Below are positions 29,412-39,411 of a stretch of DNA of 56,764 bases, in pieces; the first letter of the stretch is position 1, and the number at the start of each line of letters is the position of its first letter. This DNA is from an uncultured Oscillospiraceae bacterium (GTDB taxonomy: Bacteria > Bacillota > Clostridia > Oscillospirales > Ruminococcaceae): assembly GCA_964508295.1 (NCBI GenBank), contig CAZDSQ010000001.1, forward strand, positions 1-56,764. The letters are read 5' to 3'. The notes beneath the pieces are model-generated. The model saw only the letters and a list, made by a program, of their open reading frames with translations, had not been told where the DNA came from and ran no database searches. Made by a program: the position numbers and the translations under genes.

Positions 29412-30218
29412 ATGCAGAAAAAGAGACTTGATGTTATTCTCTTTGAAAAAGGGCTTGCTCAGTCAAGAGAACGCGCTAAATCACTTATAATGTCGGGCGT
29501 TGTTTTTGTTGATGACGAGAGAATTGACAAGGCAGGTGTGACAATTTTCGAAGATGCTAAAATTGAAATTCGCGGAAACACATTAAACTATGTTAGCCGC
29601 GGCGGATTAAAACTTGAAAAGGCAATGCAACTCTTTCCCATAAACCTCGAAAACAAGGTTTGTATGGATATTGGCGCATCAACAGGTGGATTTACCGATT
29701 GTATGCTTCAAAACGGAGCGGTTAAGGTTTTTGCAGTTGATGTTGGTTACGGTCAGCTTGCCTGGAAGTTAAGATGCGACGAGAGGGTTGTCAACTTAGA
29801 AAGAACAAATGTAAGGTACCTTACATTAGAGCAGGTTGGACAAGCTATTGATTTTATAAGCATCGATGTTTCGTTTATCTCTTTAAAGCTTGTTTTGCCG
29901 GTTGCAAAATCGTTTTTGCAGGAGAACGGAGAATTAGTCTGCCTTATAAAGCCTCAGTTTGAGGCGGGTAGGGAAAAAGTCGGCAAAAAAGGTGTTGTAA
30001 GAGATAAGCAGGTGCATATTGATGTGGTAAATAGCATCATTTCATTTGCTCGAGAGTTGAAATTTGATGTAAAGGGATTAACCTTTTCACCGGTTAAGGG
30101 CCCTGAGGGCAATATAGAATACCTTTTGTATCTCAAAAAGGGAACGGGAATAAGCGAAATAGAAGAGAATGCAGGAGAAAAAATAGTTTCTGCATCGCAT
30201 GATGAACTTGATAAATAA
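29412..30218 (+). CDS. tlyA: TlyA-family rRNA 2'-O-methyltransferase
   Basis: S4 domain (KRLDVILFEKGLAQSRERAK) plus an FtsJ-like SAM motif (DIGASTGGFTD). Confidence 0.85.
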   Translation: MQKKRLDVILFEKGLAQSRERAKSLIMSGVVFVDDERIDKAGVTIFEDAKIEIRGNTLNYVSRGGLKLEKAMQLFPINLENKVCMDIGASTGGFTDCMLQNGAVKVFAVDVGYGQLAWKLRCDERVVNLERTNVRYLTLEQVGQAIDFISIDVSFISLKLVLPVAKSFLQENGELVCLIKPQFEAGREKVGKKGVVRDKQVHIDVVNSIISFARELKFDVKGLTFSPVKGPEGNIEYLLYLKKGTGISEIEENAGEKIVSASHDELDK

Positions 30219-30223
30219 AAGAG

Positions 30224-31084
30224 GTGAACGTTTTGAAGGCGCTGTTGCTTCCAAACTTTCAAAAAGAAGATTGTTCATATATAATGCAGTCTGTTATTGA
30301 GGCTCTTGAAAAGGATGGCCTTGAGATTTATGTTCTCGATGATATAAAAGAGAGTGTAGCGGACGACAGAGTTAAGAGTATTTCCTCGGACAAGCTTTAT
30401 GAAAATATTGATTTTGCCGTTACAATAGGCGGTGACGGAACCATAATCAGAACCGCCAACCTTCTTCTTGAATATGAAATACCAATAATTGGGGTAAACC
30501 TTGGCACACTTGGTTTTCTTACCGGAATTGAAAAAGATGAGATAAATTTGCTACATAAAATATCGCAAGGAAAATACAGCATTGAGGAACGGCTTGTTCT
30601 TAGGGTCGATATCGAAAACAAAGACGGAAAAACCTCTTTTAATGCAATAAATGATGTTATTATTTGCAAAAATGCTTTTTCTGGAATCATTGATATTGAT
30701 GTAAATTGCGGCGGGATTGAAACGGCGCATTACAGAGCTGATGGAATTATTCTTTCAACGGCATCGGGCTCAACTGCTTACGCTATGTCGGCGGGCGGAC
30801 CGATTATGCACCCAGCTGTAAAGGCAATATCCCTTACACCTATTTGTGCTCATTCGTTGATGTCAAGGACTATTGTTTTACCCGAAAACGAAACTGTTAC
30901 TGTTAAGACCAACGCAAATCTTGATAAAAAAACGGCCTGTGTTGTTGCTGATGGACTGTGTTCGCAGCAAATAACCGAAAACGATAAAATAACCATTAAA
31001 AGATGCAATAAAAATGTAAAATTTATTTGTCTTGATGGCAAAAATTATTACTCTGCTATAAATCAAAAGCTGATGGAAAGGTAG
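30224..31084 (+). CDS. nadK: NAD kinase
   Basis: GGDGT motif (TIGGDGTIIR), NLGTLGFL and STASGSTAYAMSAGGP. Confidence 0.85.
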   Translation: MNVLKALLLPNFQKEDCSYIMQSVIEALEKDGLEIYVLDDIKESVADDRVKSISSDKLYENIDFAVTIGGDGTIIRTANLLLEYEIPIIGVNLGTLGFLTGIEKDEINLLHKISQGKYSIEERLVLRVDIENKDGKTSFNAINDVIICKNAFSGIIDIDVNCGGIETAHYRADGIILSTASGSTAYAMSAGGPIMHPAVKAISLTPICAHSLMSRTIVLPENETVTVKTNANLDKKTACVVADGLCSQQITENDKITIKRCNKNVKFICLDGKNYYSAINQKLMER

Positions 31085-31549
31085 TTGAATCTCGTGAAAC
31101 AGAAAAGACAAGAAAAGATCCTTGAAATAATTTCAAAAAATGACGTTGACACACAAAGCAGGCTCATGGAGCTTCTTAAAGAAGGCGGATTTTCTGCAAC
31201 ACAAGCAACGCTTTCCAGAGATATTCGCGAGCTTCGTTTAATCAAGGTAATGACTGATACCGGAATTTATAAATATGATGTTCCCACTCAGGAAAAGGTA
31301 AGCGAGCTTAGCACAAAGTTCCGCGCAATCTTTTCTGAGGCGGTCGTTAGTATTGACTATGCTTTCCATATTGTTGTTTTAAAGTGTCACACAGGTATGG
31401 CAAATGCTGCCTGCGCCGCGCTTGATAATATGAAGATCCGCGATGTTGTTGGATCTATTGCAGGCGACGATACTGTTTTTATTCTTTTAAGAAGCGAGCA
31501 GCAGGCGTTAAAGCTCGTTAGCGAAATTCGTCAAATTATTAAAGGATAG
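31085..31549 (+). CDS. argR: Arginine repressor
   Basis: Winged-helix N-terminus (QEKILEIISKNDV.TQ..L...L...G...TQATLSRD) and C-terminal GTIAGDDT-like motif (GSIAGDDTVF). The start could instead be GTG 31094. Confidence 0.85.
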   Translation: MNLVKQKRQEKILEIISKNDVDTQSRLMELLKEGGFSATQATLSRDIRELRLIKVMTDTGIYKYDVPTQEKVSELSTKFRAIFSEAVVSIDYAFHIVVLKCHTGMANAACAALDNMKIRDVVGSIAGDDTVFILLRSEQQALKLVSEIRQIIKG

Positions 31550-31567
31550 TAAAAGGGGACATTTGCA

Positions 31568-33229
31568 ATGCTGATTCAGCTTCAGATTGAAAATGTAGCG
31601 GTAATTGAAAAGGCAAATATTGATTTTTCTGCGGGCTTTAATGTCTTGACAGGCGAAACCGGTGCGGGTAAATCAATTATTATCGACTCAATAAACGCTG
31701 TAACCGGAGAGAAAACCTCAAAAGATATTATCAGAACAGGCGCATCAAAAGCTAAGATCTCGGCAGTTTTTGGCGAGTTTGAGGATAATGCTGTTGATGC
31801 TTTAACCGAGCTTGGTTGTGATATTTCCGAGGACGGAATGCTTTTATTAAGCCGCGAGCTGTCATCTGAAGGCAGGAGTGTTTTCAGATTAAACGGCGCT
31901 ATCGTCCCCATGGCTGTTGTCAAGCAAATTGCACCGATACTTATTAACATTCACGGCCAGCACGATAGCCAGCAGTTGTTTTCTCCTTCAAAACACATTG
32001 GTTTTATTGATGGATATGCTTCTTTGACCGATAAGGTTTCAGAATACAAAGCTATATATAAGGAAATGTGCGAAGTAAAAGACACGCTTTTGAGTCTTGA
32101 AACTGACGACGAGCTTAAAGAAAGAAAAATCGAGCTTTTAAGCTTTCAGATTGATGAGATTTCTGCCGCAGAGCTTCAAAACGGAGAGGAAGACGAACTT
32201 CTTAGCCGTAGAGATATGATTAAAAATTCAGGGAAATTGGCTGAAAGTGTTTCCTCTGCCCACAGTATTCTTAACGGAGATGACAGAAGCGAGGGAGCAT
32301 TAAGTCTTTTGCGAGATGCGGCATATGCGATCTCCCAAATTTCTGAATTCGACAGCGTTTTCTCGGCTCTTTCCGAGAGAGCTAACAATGTTGTCTATGA
32401 ATTAGAGGATATTTTCTCTGAGATCCGCGCCGCTGACGGTCGTTTTGATTTTGACGAAAATGAGCTCGACTTAGTTGAGGAAAGGCTTGACCTTATATTC
32501 AGACTCAAACAGAAATACGGCGGAAGCGTCGAGGACATTCTTTTAAAGCTCGAGACGCTCCAAGCTGAGCTTGACGGCATAACCTTTGGTGAGCAAAGAA
32601 AAGAGGAGCTTGAAAATAAATACAAGCTTTTAAAAGAAAAAGCGACTGCTATTGCCGAGGAAATTTCCAAAGAGAGATCCGTTGCAGCTACTAAGCTTTG
32701 TGAGCAAATTATGAGTGAGCTTAATTTCCTTGATATGCCCAATGTAAAGTTTGCAGTTGAGCAAAACAGAGTTGAGCTTAAGTCAGACGGCTGTGATCAG
32801 ATCGAGTTCTTAATATCTGCAAACAGCGGAGAAGAGCTTAAGCCTATTTCAAAAATCGCTTCGGGCGGTGAATTGTCAAGAATAATGCTTGCAATCAAAA
32901 CCGTACTTACCAACGGAGATTTAACAGGCACCCTTATCTTTGACGAAATTGACACGGGTGTCAGCGGAAAGACTGCAAGAAAAATCGGCGAAAAAATTAG
33001 ACTTGTTTCAAAAAACAAGCAGATTTTGTGTGTAACACACCTTGCACAGATTGCATCTCTTGCAGATTCGCATCTCTATATTGAAAAGAAGCAAATCGAT
33101 GATAAAACATATACATCTGTAAGAGTTCTTGATGAAAACGAGCGTGTTTATGAGGTTGCTCGGATAATGGGCGGAGAAACTGTAACCGATGCGACACTTG
33201 AGGCTGCACGCGAACTTATCTTAGTTTAA
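31568..33229 (+). CDS. recN: DNA repair protein RecN
   Basis: 553 aa. Walker A GETGAGKS, a coiled-coil middle, the signature SGGELSR and Walker B LIFDEIDTG. Confidence 0.9.
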   Translation: MLIQLQIENVAVIEKANIDFSAGFNVLTGETGAGKSIIIDSINAVTGEKTSKDIIRTGASKAKISAVFGEFEDNAVDALTELGCDISEDGMLLLSRELSSEGRSVFRLNGAIVPMAVVKQIAPILINIHGQHDSQQLFSPSKHIGFIDGYASLTDKVSEYKAIYKEMCEVKDTLLSLETDDELKERKIELLSFQIDEISAAELQNGEEDELLSRRDMIKNSGKLAESVSSAHSILNGDDRSEGALSLLRDAAYAISQISEFDSVFSALSERANNVVYELEDIFSEIRAADGRFDFDENELDLVEERLDLIFRLKQKYGGSVEDILLKLETLQAELDGITFGEQRKEELENKYKLLKEKATAIAEEISKERSVAATKLCEQIMSELNFLDMPNVKFAVEQNRVELKSDGCDQIEFLISANSGEELKPISKIASGGELSRIMLAIKTVLTNGDLTGTLIFDEIDTGVSGKTARKIGEKIRLVSKNKQILCVTHLAQIASLADSHLYIEKKQIDDKTYTSVRVLDENERVYEVARIMGGETVTDATLEAARELILV

Positions 33230-33248
33230 ATGAGAGGGATTGTTTAAG

Positions 33249-33464
33249 GTGAAGGTTAAACTTTTTAACAAGAAAATTGAACCTGCTTGTATGTATTGTC
33301 GATTTGGCAAACGAAACGGGGAGTCTGAAAGGGTATTTTGCGAGAAAAAGGGAATAGTGGATGCTTTTTCAAGCTGCAGGAAGTACGATTATGATCCTCT
33401 AAAGCGAGTTCCAAAAAAGGTTGATTTTGAGTCAGACTTATCAAAAGAAGACTTTGAGATATAG
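33249..33464 (+). CDS. Small Cys-rich hypothetical protein
   Basis: 71 aa from GTG 33249 (RBS GAGAGGG). Contains CMYC...C...C. Function unknown. Confidence 0.35.
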   Translation: MKVKLFNKKIEPACMYCRFGKRNGESERVFCEKKGIVDAFSSCRKYDYDPLKRVPKKVDFESDLSKEDFEI

Positions 33465-33489
33465 TTTTTAAAAAAATATGCAAAAACCC

Positions 33490-33518
33490 TTGAAAAATAT
33501 AAATTAATGTGTTATTAT
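33490..33518 (+). promoter_or_regulatory. Putative sigma-A promoter of secG
   Basis: TTGAAA, 17-nt spacer, TATTAT. Confidence 0.5.
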
Positions 33519-33552
33519 TTTATAGTTGAAAAAGTTTTCGGAGGAAATTTAA

Positions 33553-33804
33553 ATGAACGTTTTTGAAATAATTGCAGGTATTTTTCTTATCTTAACCAGC
33601 ATTGCAATCATTGTTCTTGTTATGCTTCAGGATTCATCAGATTCTATGTCATCTGCTGTTACTGGCGATGTTTCTCAGTCATATTTTAATAACAACCGCG
33701 GCAGAACAAGAGAAGAAAAGCTTAAGAAATTTACAAAGATCTGTGTTATAGTTTTCCTTGTACTTACCCTTGCAGTTGGCGTTGTCAGCAGATTTGTTGG
33801 TTAA
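33553..33804 (+). CDS. secG: Preprotein translocase subunit SecG
   Basis: 83 aa with two TM segments and a central loop (LQDS.....SSAVTG), typical of SecG. Confidence 0.75.
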   Translation: MNVFEIIAGIFLILTSIAIIVLVMLQDSSDSMSSAVTGDVSQSYFNNNRGRTREEKLKKFTKICVIVFLVLTLAVGVVSRFVG

Positions 33805-33882
33805 GTTTTATTAAGTTAAGTGTCAAAACCCTGCATCCCGATAGGCTTGCAGGGTTTTTGTATACATATCAGAGGTGTCTTT

Positions 33883-34632
33883 ATGTCAAACAGTAAGAAA
33901 ATAATTATATCGCTTATAGTTGCTTTGTCTGCAATTATTCTGGCAGCATGTATAGCAATAGTTGTTATTCTCGGAGGGGGTAGAGACAGACAAAATGATA
34001 TTCCCGATGTTTCATCAACTATAGTAACTGCTGAAAAAATTGATGAACCTGTTGATTTCGAAAAGCTTTGGGAAACTAACGAGGATATTTATGCCTGGAT
34101 CCGTGTCCCTAATACAAACATAGACTATCCTATATTGCAGCATAAGACTAACGATGAGTTTTACCTCCACCATAATATTTACGGCGAATATGAATATGCC
34201 GGTGCGATTTACAGCGAGAAAAGATGCAACACAAAGGATTTCACAGATAAAAACACAATGTTGTACGGTCATAATATGACCAAAGGCTATATGTTTGAAA
34301 ACCTTCACAAATTTCAGGATCAAGATTTTTTTAATCAAACTACCGAGTTTTATATCTACACTCCTGAGCAAAAGCTGACTTATAAAATTGTATCAGCATT
34401 TCAATACAACAATTACCATATTATGTATTCCTTTGATTTTACCACCGATGAAGGATGTCAAAAATATATTGACACCATCAAAAATCCCGGTTACAGCGCC
34501 GTAAATGTAAGGGAAGATATTGAGGTTACAACCGAGGATAAGCTGGTCACATTAAGCACCTGCCTTGGAGATGGCAAGGAATACAGGTACCTTGTGGTTG
34601 GTGTTTTAAGCAATATTGAAGAAATAAAATAA
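33883..34632 (+). CDS. srtB: Class B sortase
   Basis: N-terminal TM, YGHNM, and the catalytic TLSTC motif (VTLSTCLGDG). Confidence 0.8.
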   Translation: MSNSKKIIISLIVALSAIILAACIAIVVILGGGRDRQNDIPDVSSTIVTAEKIDEPVDFEKLWETNEDIYAWIRVPNTNIDYPILQHKTNDEFYLHHNIYGEYEYAGAIYSEKRCNTKDFTDKNTMLYGHNMTKGYMFENLHKFQDQDFFNQTTEFYIYTPEQKLTYKIVSAFQYNNYHIMYSFDFTTDEGCQKYIDTIKNPGYSAVNVREDIEVTTEDKLVTLSTCLGDGKEYRYLVVGVLSNIEEIK

Positions 34633-34638
34633 CTTTTT

Positions 34639-34670
34639 GAGGCTGTTTAAGAAATTAAGCAGCCTTTTTT
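34639..34670 (+). terminator. Rho-independent terminator after srtB
   Basis: 10-bp stem GGCTGTTTAA/TTAAGCAGCC with a 4-nt loop and a T6 tail. Confidence 0.65.
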
Positions 34671-34701
34671 CGTAAAATCGCACAAAATATTTAATAAATA
34701 T

Positions 34702-34730
34702 TTGAAATTATATTAAATAAATAGTATAAT
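34702..34730 (+). promoter_or_regulatory. Consensus-like sigma-A promoter of the hprK operon
   Basis: TTGAAA, 17-nt spacer, TATAAT, 33 nt upstream of the hprK ATG. Confidence 0.6.
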
Positions 34731-34762
34731 AAAATATATATAACTTTTTAAGGAGAATAAAT

Positions 34763-35716
34763 ATGGCTGATTTTTCGGTTTCTCTTGAAAAAATCAAAAA
34801 AGAGTTGACTCTTGAAGAAATTCATTCGCCTTTTGATTGCGCTCAAATGAAGATATTCAGTAATGAGGTGAATAGACCCGGACTGCAGTTTGTGGGTGAC
34901 TACGATCATTATGATGAAAAGCGAATTCAGATTATCGGAAATGCTGAATACGGATATATAGAAAAACTTTCAAGTGAGCAGAAGGAAAAGGTTTTAGACA
35001 GCTTTATGTCACACAAGCCGCCCCTTGTTGTTGTGGCACGGTCTAAAGAAATAATCCCTGAAATGCTTGATGCCGCAAAAAAGTACGGTGTATTTTTAAT
35101 GCGAACTGCTGAGGCGACCTCTCATTTTCTTGCTGCAATTATTTCCTTCTTGAATGTTGAGCTTGCTCCCAGAATTACCAGGCACGGCGTTTTGGTAGAG
35201 GTTTACGGTGAAGGTATTCTTATTCTCGGCGAAAGCGGAGTTGGTAAGAGCGAAACCGCTATTGAGCTCGTTAAGCGCGGACACCGACTGATTGCTGATG
35301 ATGCCGTTGAAATCCGCAGGGTTTCTGCTACCACTCTTGTTGGTACCTCGCCTGAAAATATCCGTCATTTTGTTGAGCTTCGCGGAATAGGAATTATAAA
35401 TGTAAGACAGATTTTCGGTATGGGCGCAGTTAAGGTTACCGAGAAGATTGATATGGTTGTAAATCTTGAGCCATGGGACAATAAAAAGATATATGATCGC
35501 ATTGGAATTGAGAGCGAAAAAATTGATATTCTCGGCATAACAGTTGAAAGCCTTACGATTCCTGTAAGACCTGGGAGAAACCTTGCCATTATTTTAGAGG
35601 TTGCGGCTATGAGCAACCGCCAGAAAAAGATGGGTTATAACGCCGCTGAAGAGCTTATGAAGCAGCTTGGCATGGTTGATGACGAAACTGTTGGAGATAT
35701 AGCTCCGAGAGCATAA
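34763..35716 (+). CDS. hprK: HPr kinase/phosphorylase
   Basis: 317 aa. Walker A GESGVGKSE and the signature LIADDAVEI. Confidence 0.9.
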   Translation: MADFSVSLEKIKKELTLEEIHSPFDCAQMKIFSNEVNRPGLQFVGDYDHYDEKRIQIIGNAEYGYIEKLSSEQKEKVLDSFMSHKPPLVVVARSKEIIPEMLDAAKKYGVFLMRTAEATSHFLAAIISFLNVELAPRITRHGVLVEVYGEGILILGESGVGKSETAIELVKRGHRLIADDAVEIRRVSATTLVGTSPENIRHFVELRGIGIINVRQIFGMGAVKVTEKIDMVVNLEPWDNKKIYDRIGIESEKIDILGITVESLTIPVRPGRNLAIILEVAAMSNRQKKMGYNAAEELMKQLGMVDDETVGDIAPRA

Positions 35717-35726
35717 AGGAGAAATT

Positions 35727-36686
35727 ATGAACTATTATATAGGTGTTGATTTAGGAGGTACCAATATTGCCATTGGTATTGTAGACGATGATAAGAAAAT
35801 TGTACTTAAAAAGAGCATTCCAACCGCTTGCCCCAGAAGCGCGGAGGAAATAGTTGACGATATAGTTAAAACCATAAACGAGCTTTGCGAAAGCACTAAT
35901 ATTTCATTTAATGATTTAAAATGGATCGGCATTGGAACTCCCGGTTCGGTAAATTCTGAAACAGGGGTCGTTGAAAGAGCGCATAATTTAGGCTTTTTTG
36001 ATACACCGCTTAAGAATCTTATTTGCGAGCAAGTTAATGTAAATTGTTTTGTTGAAAATGATGCTAACGCCGCAGCCTATGGTGAATTTCTTGCGGGCGC
36101 GGCAAAAGGCTCTAAAGATGCTATTTGCGTTACTATCGGAACGGGAATTGGCGGTGGAATAATAATTGACAGCAAAATTTACAGCGGCTCCAACTTCTTT
36201 GGTGCGGAGCTCGGACATATGGTTATTGAAATGAATGGCAAACAGTGCAACTGCGGTAGAAAAGGCTGTATGGAGCAGTATTGCTCTGCAACGGCACTTA
36301 TAGGTCAAACAAAAGATGCTATGCAACAAAACAAAGATAGCCTTTTGTGGCAAGAGTGTGGCGGAGATATAGAAAAAGTAAACGGAAGAACTGCTTTTGA
36401 TGCTATGCGAAAAGGTGATGCGACCGCCAAAAAGGTTGTTGACACATATATCGGCTATCTCGGCTGCGGATGCACTAACCTTATAAATATTTTCCAGCCC
36501 GATATTCTTATGATAGGCGGAGGAATTTCAAAGGAAGGAGAGACCCTTCTTGCGCCTATCAGAGAATACGCAACAAGGGAGTCATTCGATTGCAACCCCA
36601 TAAAAGCAACAAAAATTGTTGCTGCTGAGCTTGGAAATGATGCAGGAATAATTGGCGCTGCTATGTTAGGTCTTTTACACCAATAA
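35727..36686 (+). CDS. glcK: ROK-family glucokinase
   Basis: GVDLGGTNIA, and the ROK zinc motif CNCGRKGCMEQYCS. Confidence 0.85.
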   Translation: MNYYIGVDLGGTNIAIGIVDDDKKIVLKKSIPTACPRSAEEIVDDIVKTINELCESTNISFNDLKWIGIGTPGSVNSETGVVERAHNLGFFDTPLKNLICEQVNVNCFVENDANAAAYGEFLAGAAKGSKDAICVTIGTGIGGGIIIDSKIYSGSNFFGAELGHMVIEMNGKQCNCGRKGCMEQYCSATALIGQTKDAMQQNKDSLLWQECGGDIEKVNGRTAFDAMRKGDATAKKVVDTYIGYLGCGCTNLINIFQPDILMIGGGISKEGETLLAPIREYATRESFDCNPIKATKIVAAELGNDAGIIGAAMLGLLHQ

Positions 36687-36699
36687 ATTTTGAGGTGAT

Positions 36700-37602
36700 T
36701 TGTTGTTTACCAACTTTCAAAATCAACTAAAATTAAATAATATTTCATTTTCTTTAAATGAATCTATGAAAAAGCATACATCATTTAAAATCGGCGGTGC
36801 TGCAGATGTATTTGTTACGCCCGATTCTATTGAAAAATGCTGTAAAGCTATTTCATTTTGCAGGGAATTTAATGTATCTTACGTGATTATTGGCAAGGGC
36901 TCTAATCTTCTTGTGAGTGATGAGGGTTATAGAGGCGCGGTTATCTGCATTTCAAACCTGATTTCAGATATTAAGCTCATAGATAGTAATACGATAAAAT
37001 GCGATGCAGGAACGCTATTGTCGGCGGTTTGCAATTTTGCGCTTGATAACGAGCTTGCAGGAATGGAGTTTGCTTACGGAATTCCAGGAAGCCTTGGCGG
37101 TGCAGTTGTAATGAACGCGGGCGCGTACGGCGGCGAAATGAAGGATATAGTTTGCGGCTGCGAGTATATAGATGAAGAGGGAAATTTGCATAGTATAAAC
37201 GCTGATGAGTTTGATTTTTCGTACAGACACAGCTATTTTTCTGATAAAAGCCTTTGCATAGTAAGTGTTACTCTTAGACTAAATAAGGGCAATCATACTC
37301 AGATAAAGCAAACAATGACTGAACTCTTAAGTAGACGAAAAGAAAAACAGCCGCTTGATTTTCCAAGCGCTGGAAGTACCTTTAAGCGCCCCGAGGGGAG
37401 CTATGCTTCTATGTTAATTGACCAGTGTGGTTTAAAAGGCTTCAGAGTAGGGGATGCGCAGATAAGTGAAAAGCACGCAGGCTTTGTTATAAACTTAGGC
37501 AACGCAACCTGCAATGATGTTCTTTCTTTATCACAAAAAGTTGCTGAAATCGTTCTTGAAAAAACGGGATACAAGCTTGAATTGGAAGTTAAAATAATTT
37601 GA
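36700..37602 (+). CDS. murB: UDP-N-acetylenolpyruvoylglucosamine reductase
   Basis: FAD-binding domain (KIGGAADVFV, IIGKGSNLLV) and C-terminal SAGSTFKRP. Confidence 0.9.
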   Translation: MLFTNFQNQLKLNNISFSLNESMKKHTSFKIGGAADVFVTPDSIEKCCKAISFCREFNVSYVIIGKGSNLLVSDEGYRGAVICISNLISDIKLIDSNTIKCDAGTLLSAVCNFALDNELAGMEFAYGIPGSLGGAVVMNAGAYGGEMKDIVCGCEYIDEEGNLHSINADEFDFSYRHSYFSDKSLCIVSVTLRLNKGNHTQIKQTMTELLSRRKEKQPLDFPSAGSTFKRPEGSYASMLIDQCGLKGFRVGDAQISEKHAGFVINLGNATCNDVLSLSQKVAEIVLEKTGYKLELEVKII

Positions 37603-37614
37603 TTTGGAGTTTTT

Positions 37615-38475
37615 ATGGAAATAGTTATTGTAACGGGTCTTTCAGGCTCGGGAAAATCTCGCGCAATGGTTGCGCTTGAGGATATTGGATATTTCTGTAT
37701 TGACAATATGCCGCCTCAGTTAATACCTAAAATATCTGAGATTTGCACTAATGGCAAAAACAAAAAGCTCTCCAGGGTTGCTATTGCAACAGATGTTCGC
37801 GGCGGAGATTTGTTCTATGCTCTGTATGATGGGCTTGACGAGCTAAAAAAGCAAAATATTTCTTATAAAATTCTTTTTCTTGATAGTGTTGATGCTGTTC
37901 TAATGAACAGATACAAGGAAACACGCCGCAAGCATCCGCTTGATGATGGAATGCTTGGAACTCAGTCTGCTATAAACGCTGAAAGAGCAATGCTCAGGCG
38001 CATCAGAGAGTCTGCCGATTACATAATTGATACCTCGTTTTTATCGCCCTCGCAGCTAAAGGAACGGATAATAGGTCTGTTTTTAGGCGATAAAAGAAAG
38101 TCGATGATTGTGCAGTGCGTCTCATTTGGTTTTAAATATGGCTTACCCAACGAAGCGGACCTTGTTTTTGATGTAAGATGTATTCCTAATCCTTTTTATA
38201 TTGATGAACTTAAAGACAAAACGGGATTAGATGAGTCGGTTTATGATTATGTAATGAAGTGGCCTCAAGCGCAGATTTATGAGAAAAAATTGGTCGATAT
38301 GATTGATTATCTAATTCCTTTGTATATAGACGAGGGAAAAAGTCAGCTCGTTATTGCGATTGGCTGCACCAGTGGAAAGCATCGCTCGGTCGTGTTTTCT
38401 GAAATACTCAAAAAGCATATTTCTGAAAACGGAATAAATGTAAGAGTAAATCATAGGGATATTGACAAAAAATAA
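37615..38475 (+). CDS. rapZ: RNase adapter / nucleotide-binding protein RapZ (YvcJ)
   Basis: Walker A GLSGSGKS, DNMP, and C-terminal GCTSGKHRSV. Confidence 0.9.
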   Translation: MEIVIVTGLSGSGKSRAMVALEDIGYFCIDNMPPQLIPKISEICTNGKNKKLSRVAIATDVRGGDLFYALYDGLDELKKQNISYKILFLDSVDAVLMNRYKETRRKHPLDDGMLGTQSAINAERAMLRRIRESADYIIDTSFLSPSQLKERIIGLFLGDKRKSMIVQCVSFGFKYGLPNEADLVFDVRCIPNPFYIDELKDKTGLDESVYDYVMKWPQAQIYEKKLVDMIDYLIPLYIDEGKSQLVIAIGCTSGKHRSVVFSEILKKHISENGINVRVNHRDIDKK

Positions 38476-38490
38476 AGTAGGTAAACTCAA

Positions 38491-39399
38491 ATGACTTTTT
38501 CAAATCAGGTTAAAATTGAGATATGCGAAGCATATAAGATGCCTGATAGCTGTAAAGCTTCTTTGCTTTACGGCTTGCTTTGCTCTGCAAAAGCATATTC
38601 CGAGAGGGAAATCGAGTTTTTATCTGAATGTAATGAGGTTGCGGTATACTTTTCCAAGCTGATTGGTCGTCTTTATCGCATTAATGCGCCCGTTTTAACT
38701 CTTTTTGCCTCAAAGGAACAAAAGAAAGACTTGTATCAGGTTAAAATTGATGATGCAAAAATCTGCAAAAACATATGCGACAGCTTTAACTGCGGCAAGT
38801 TCTCTGAGATAATAAGCTTGCTTTCGCTTGACGAAGCTATTACATGGGCTTATATAAAGGGCGCTTTTTTGGGATGCGGCTCCATTGCCGATCCTTCTGC
38901 AGAATATCACCTTGAACTTTCCTTCAAAAACAAGGATTACGCAGTTTTTACTCATAATATGCTAACTGCACTTGAGTTTTCTCCTAAAAGAATGGCAAGG
39001 CGAGAAAATGAAGTTGTATATTTTAAAGATAGCACTGCAATAGAGGATATTTTAACCGGAATTGGTGCTATTAAAAAAAGCTTGGAGCTTATGGACTCCA
39101 AGGTTATAAAAGACCTCAGAAACAGAATAAATCGCAGAAACAATTGCGAAACCGCCAATCTTAAAAAGACTATAAATGTTGCGTTAAATCAAGTCGATGC
39201 AATAAATTACATAGCTTCAAAAAGAGGTATGGAGTTTTTGCCTGATGACTTGCAAAAAATTGCTAATTTCAGGCTTGAAAATCCCGAAATGCCGCTTAGC
39301 GAAATGACACGTGAGTTAAATGGCCAATTCAGTAAATCGGGAATTGACAGGAGACTAAAAAAAATAGTTCAGATTTCAGAGGAATTAAAACAAAAATAG
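38491..39399 (+). CDS. whiA: Sporulation/cell-division transcription regulator WhiA
   Basis: 302 aa with LAGLIDADG-like repeats and a C-terminal HTH (LSEMTRELNGQFSKSGIDRRLKKI). Confidence 0.9.
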   Translation: MTFSNQVKIEICEAYKMPDSCKASLLYGLLCSAKAYSEREIEFLSECNEVAVYFSKLIGRLYRINAPVLTLFASKEQKKDLYQVKIDDAKICKNICDSFNCGKFSEIISLLSLDEAITWAYIKGAFLGCGSIADPSAEYHLELSFKNKDYAVFTHNMLTALEFSPKRMARRENEVVYFKDSTAIEDILTGIGAIKKSLELMDSKVIKDLRNRINRRNNCETANLKKTINVALNQVDAINYIASKRGMEFLPDDLQKIANFRLENPEMPLSEMTRELNGQFSKSGIDRRLKKIVQISEELKQK

Positions 39400-39411
39400 G
39401 GAAGTGAGTTT

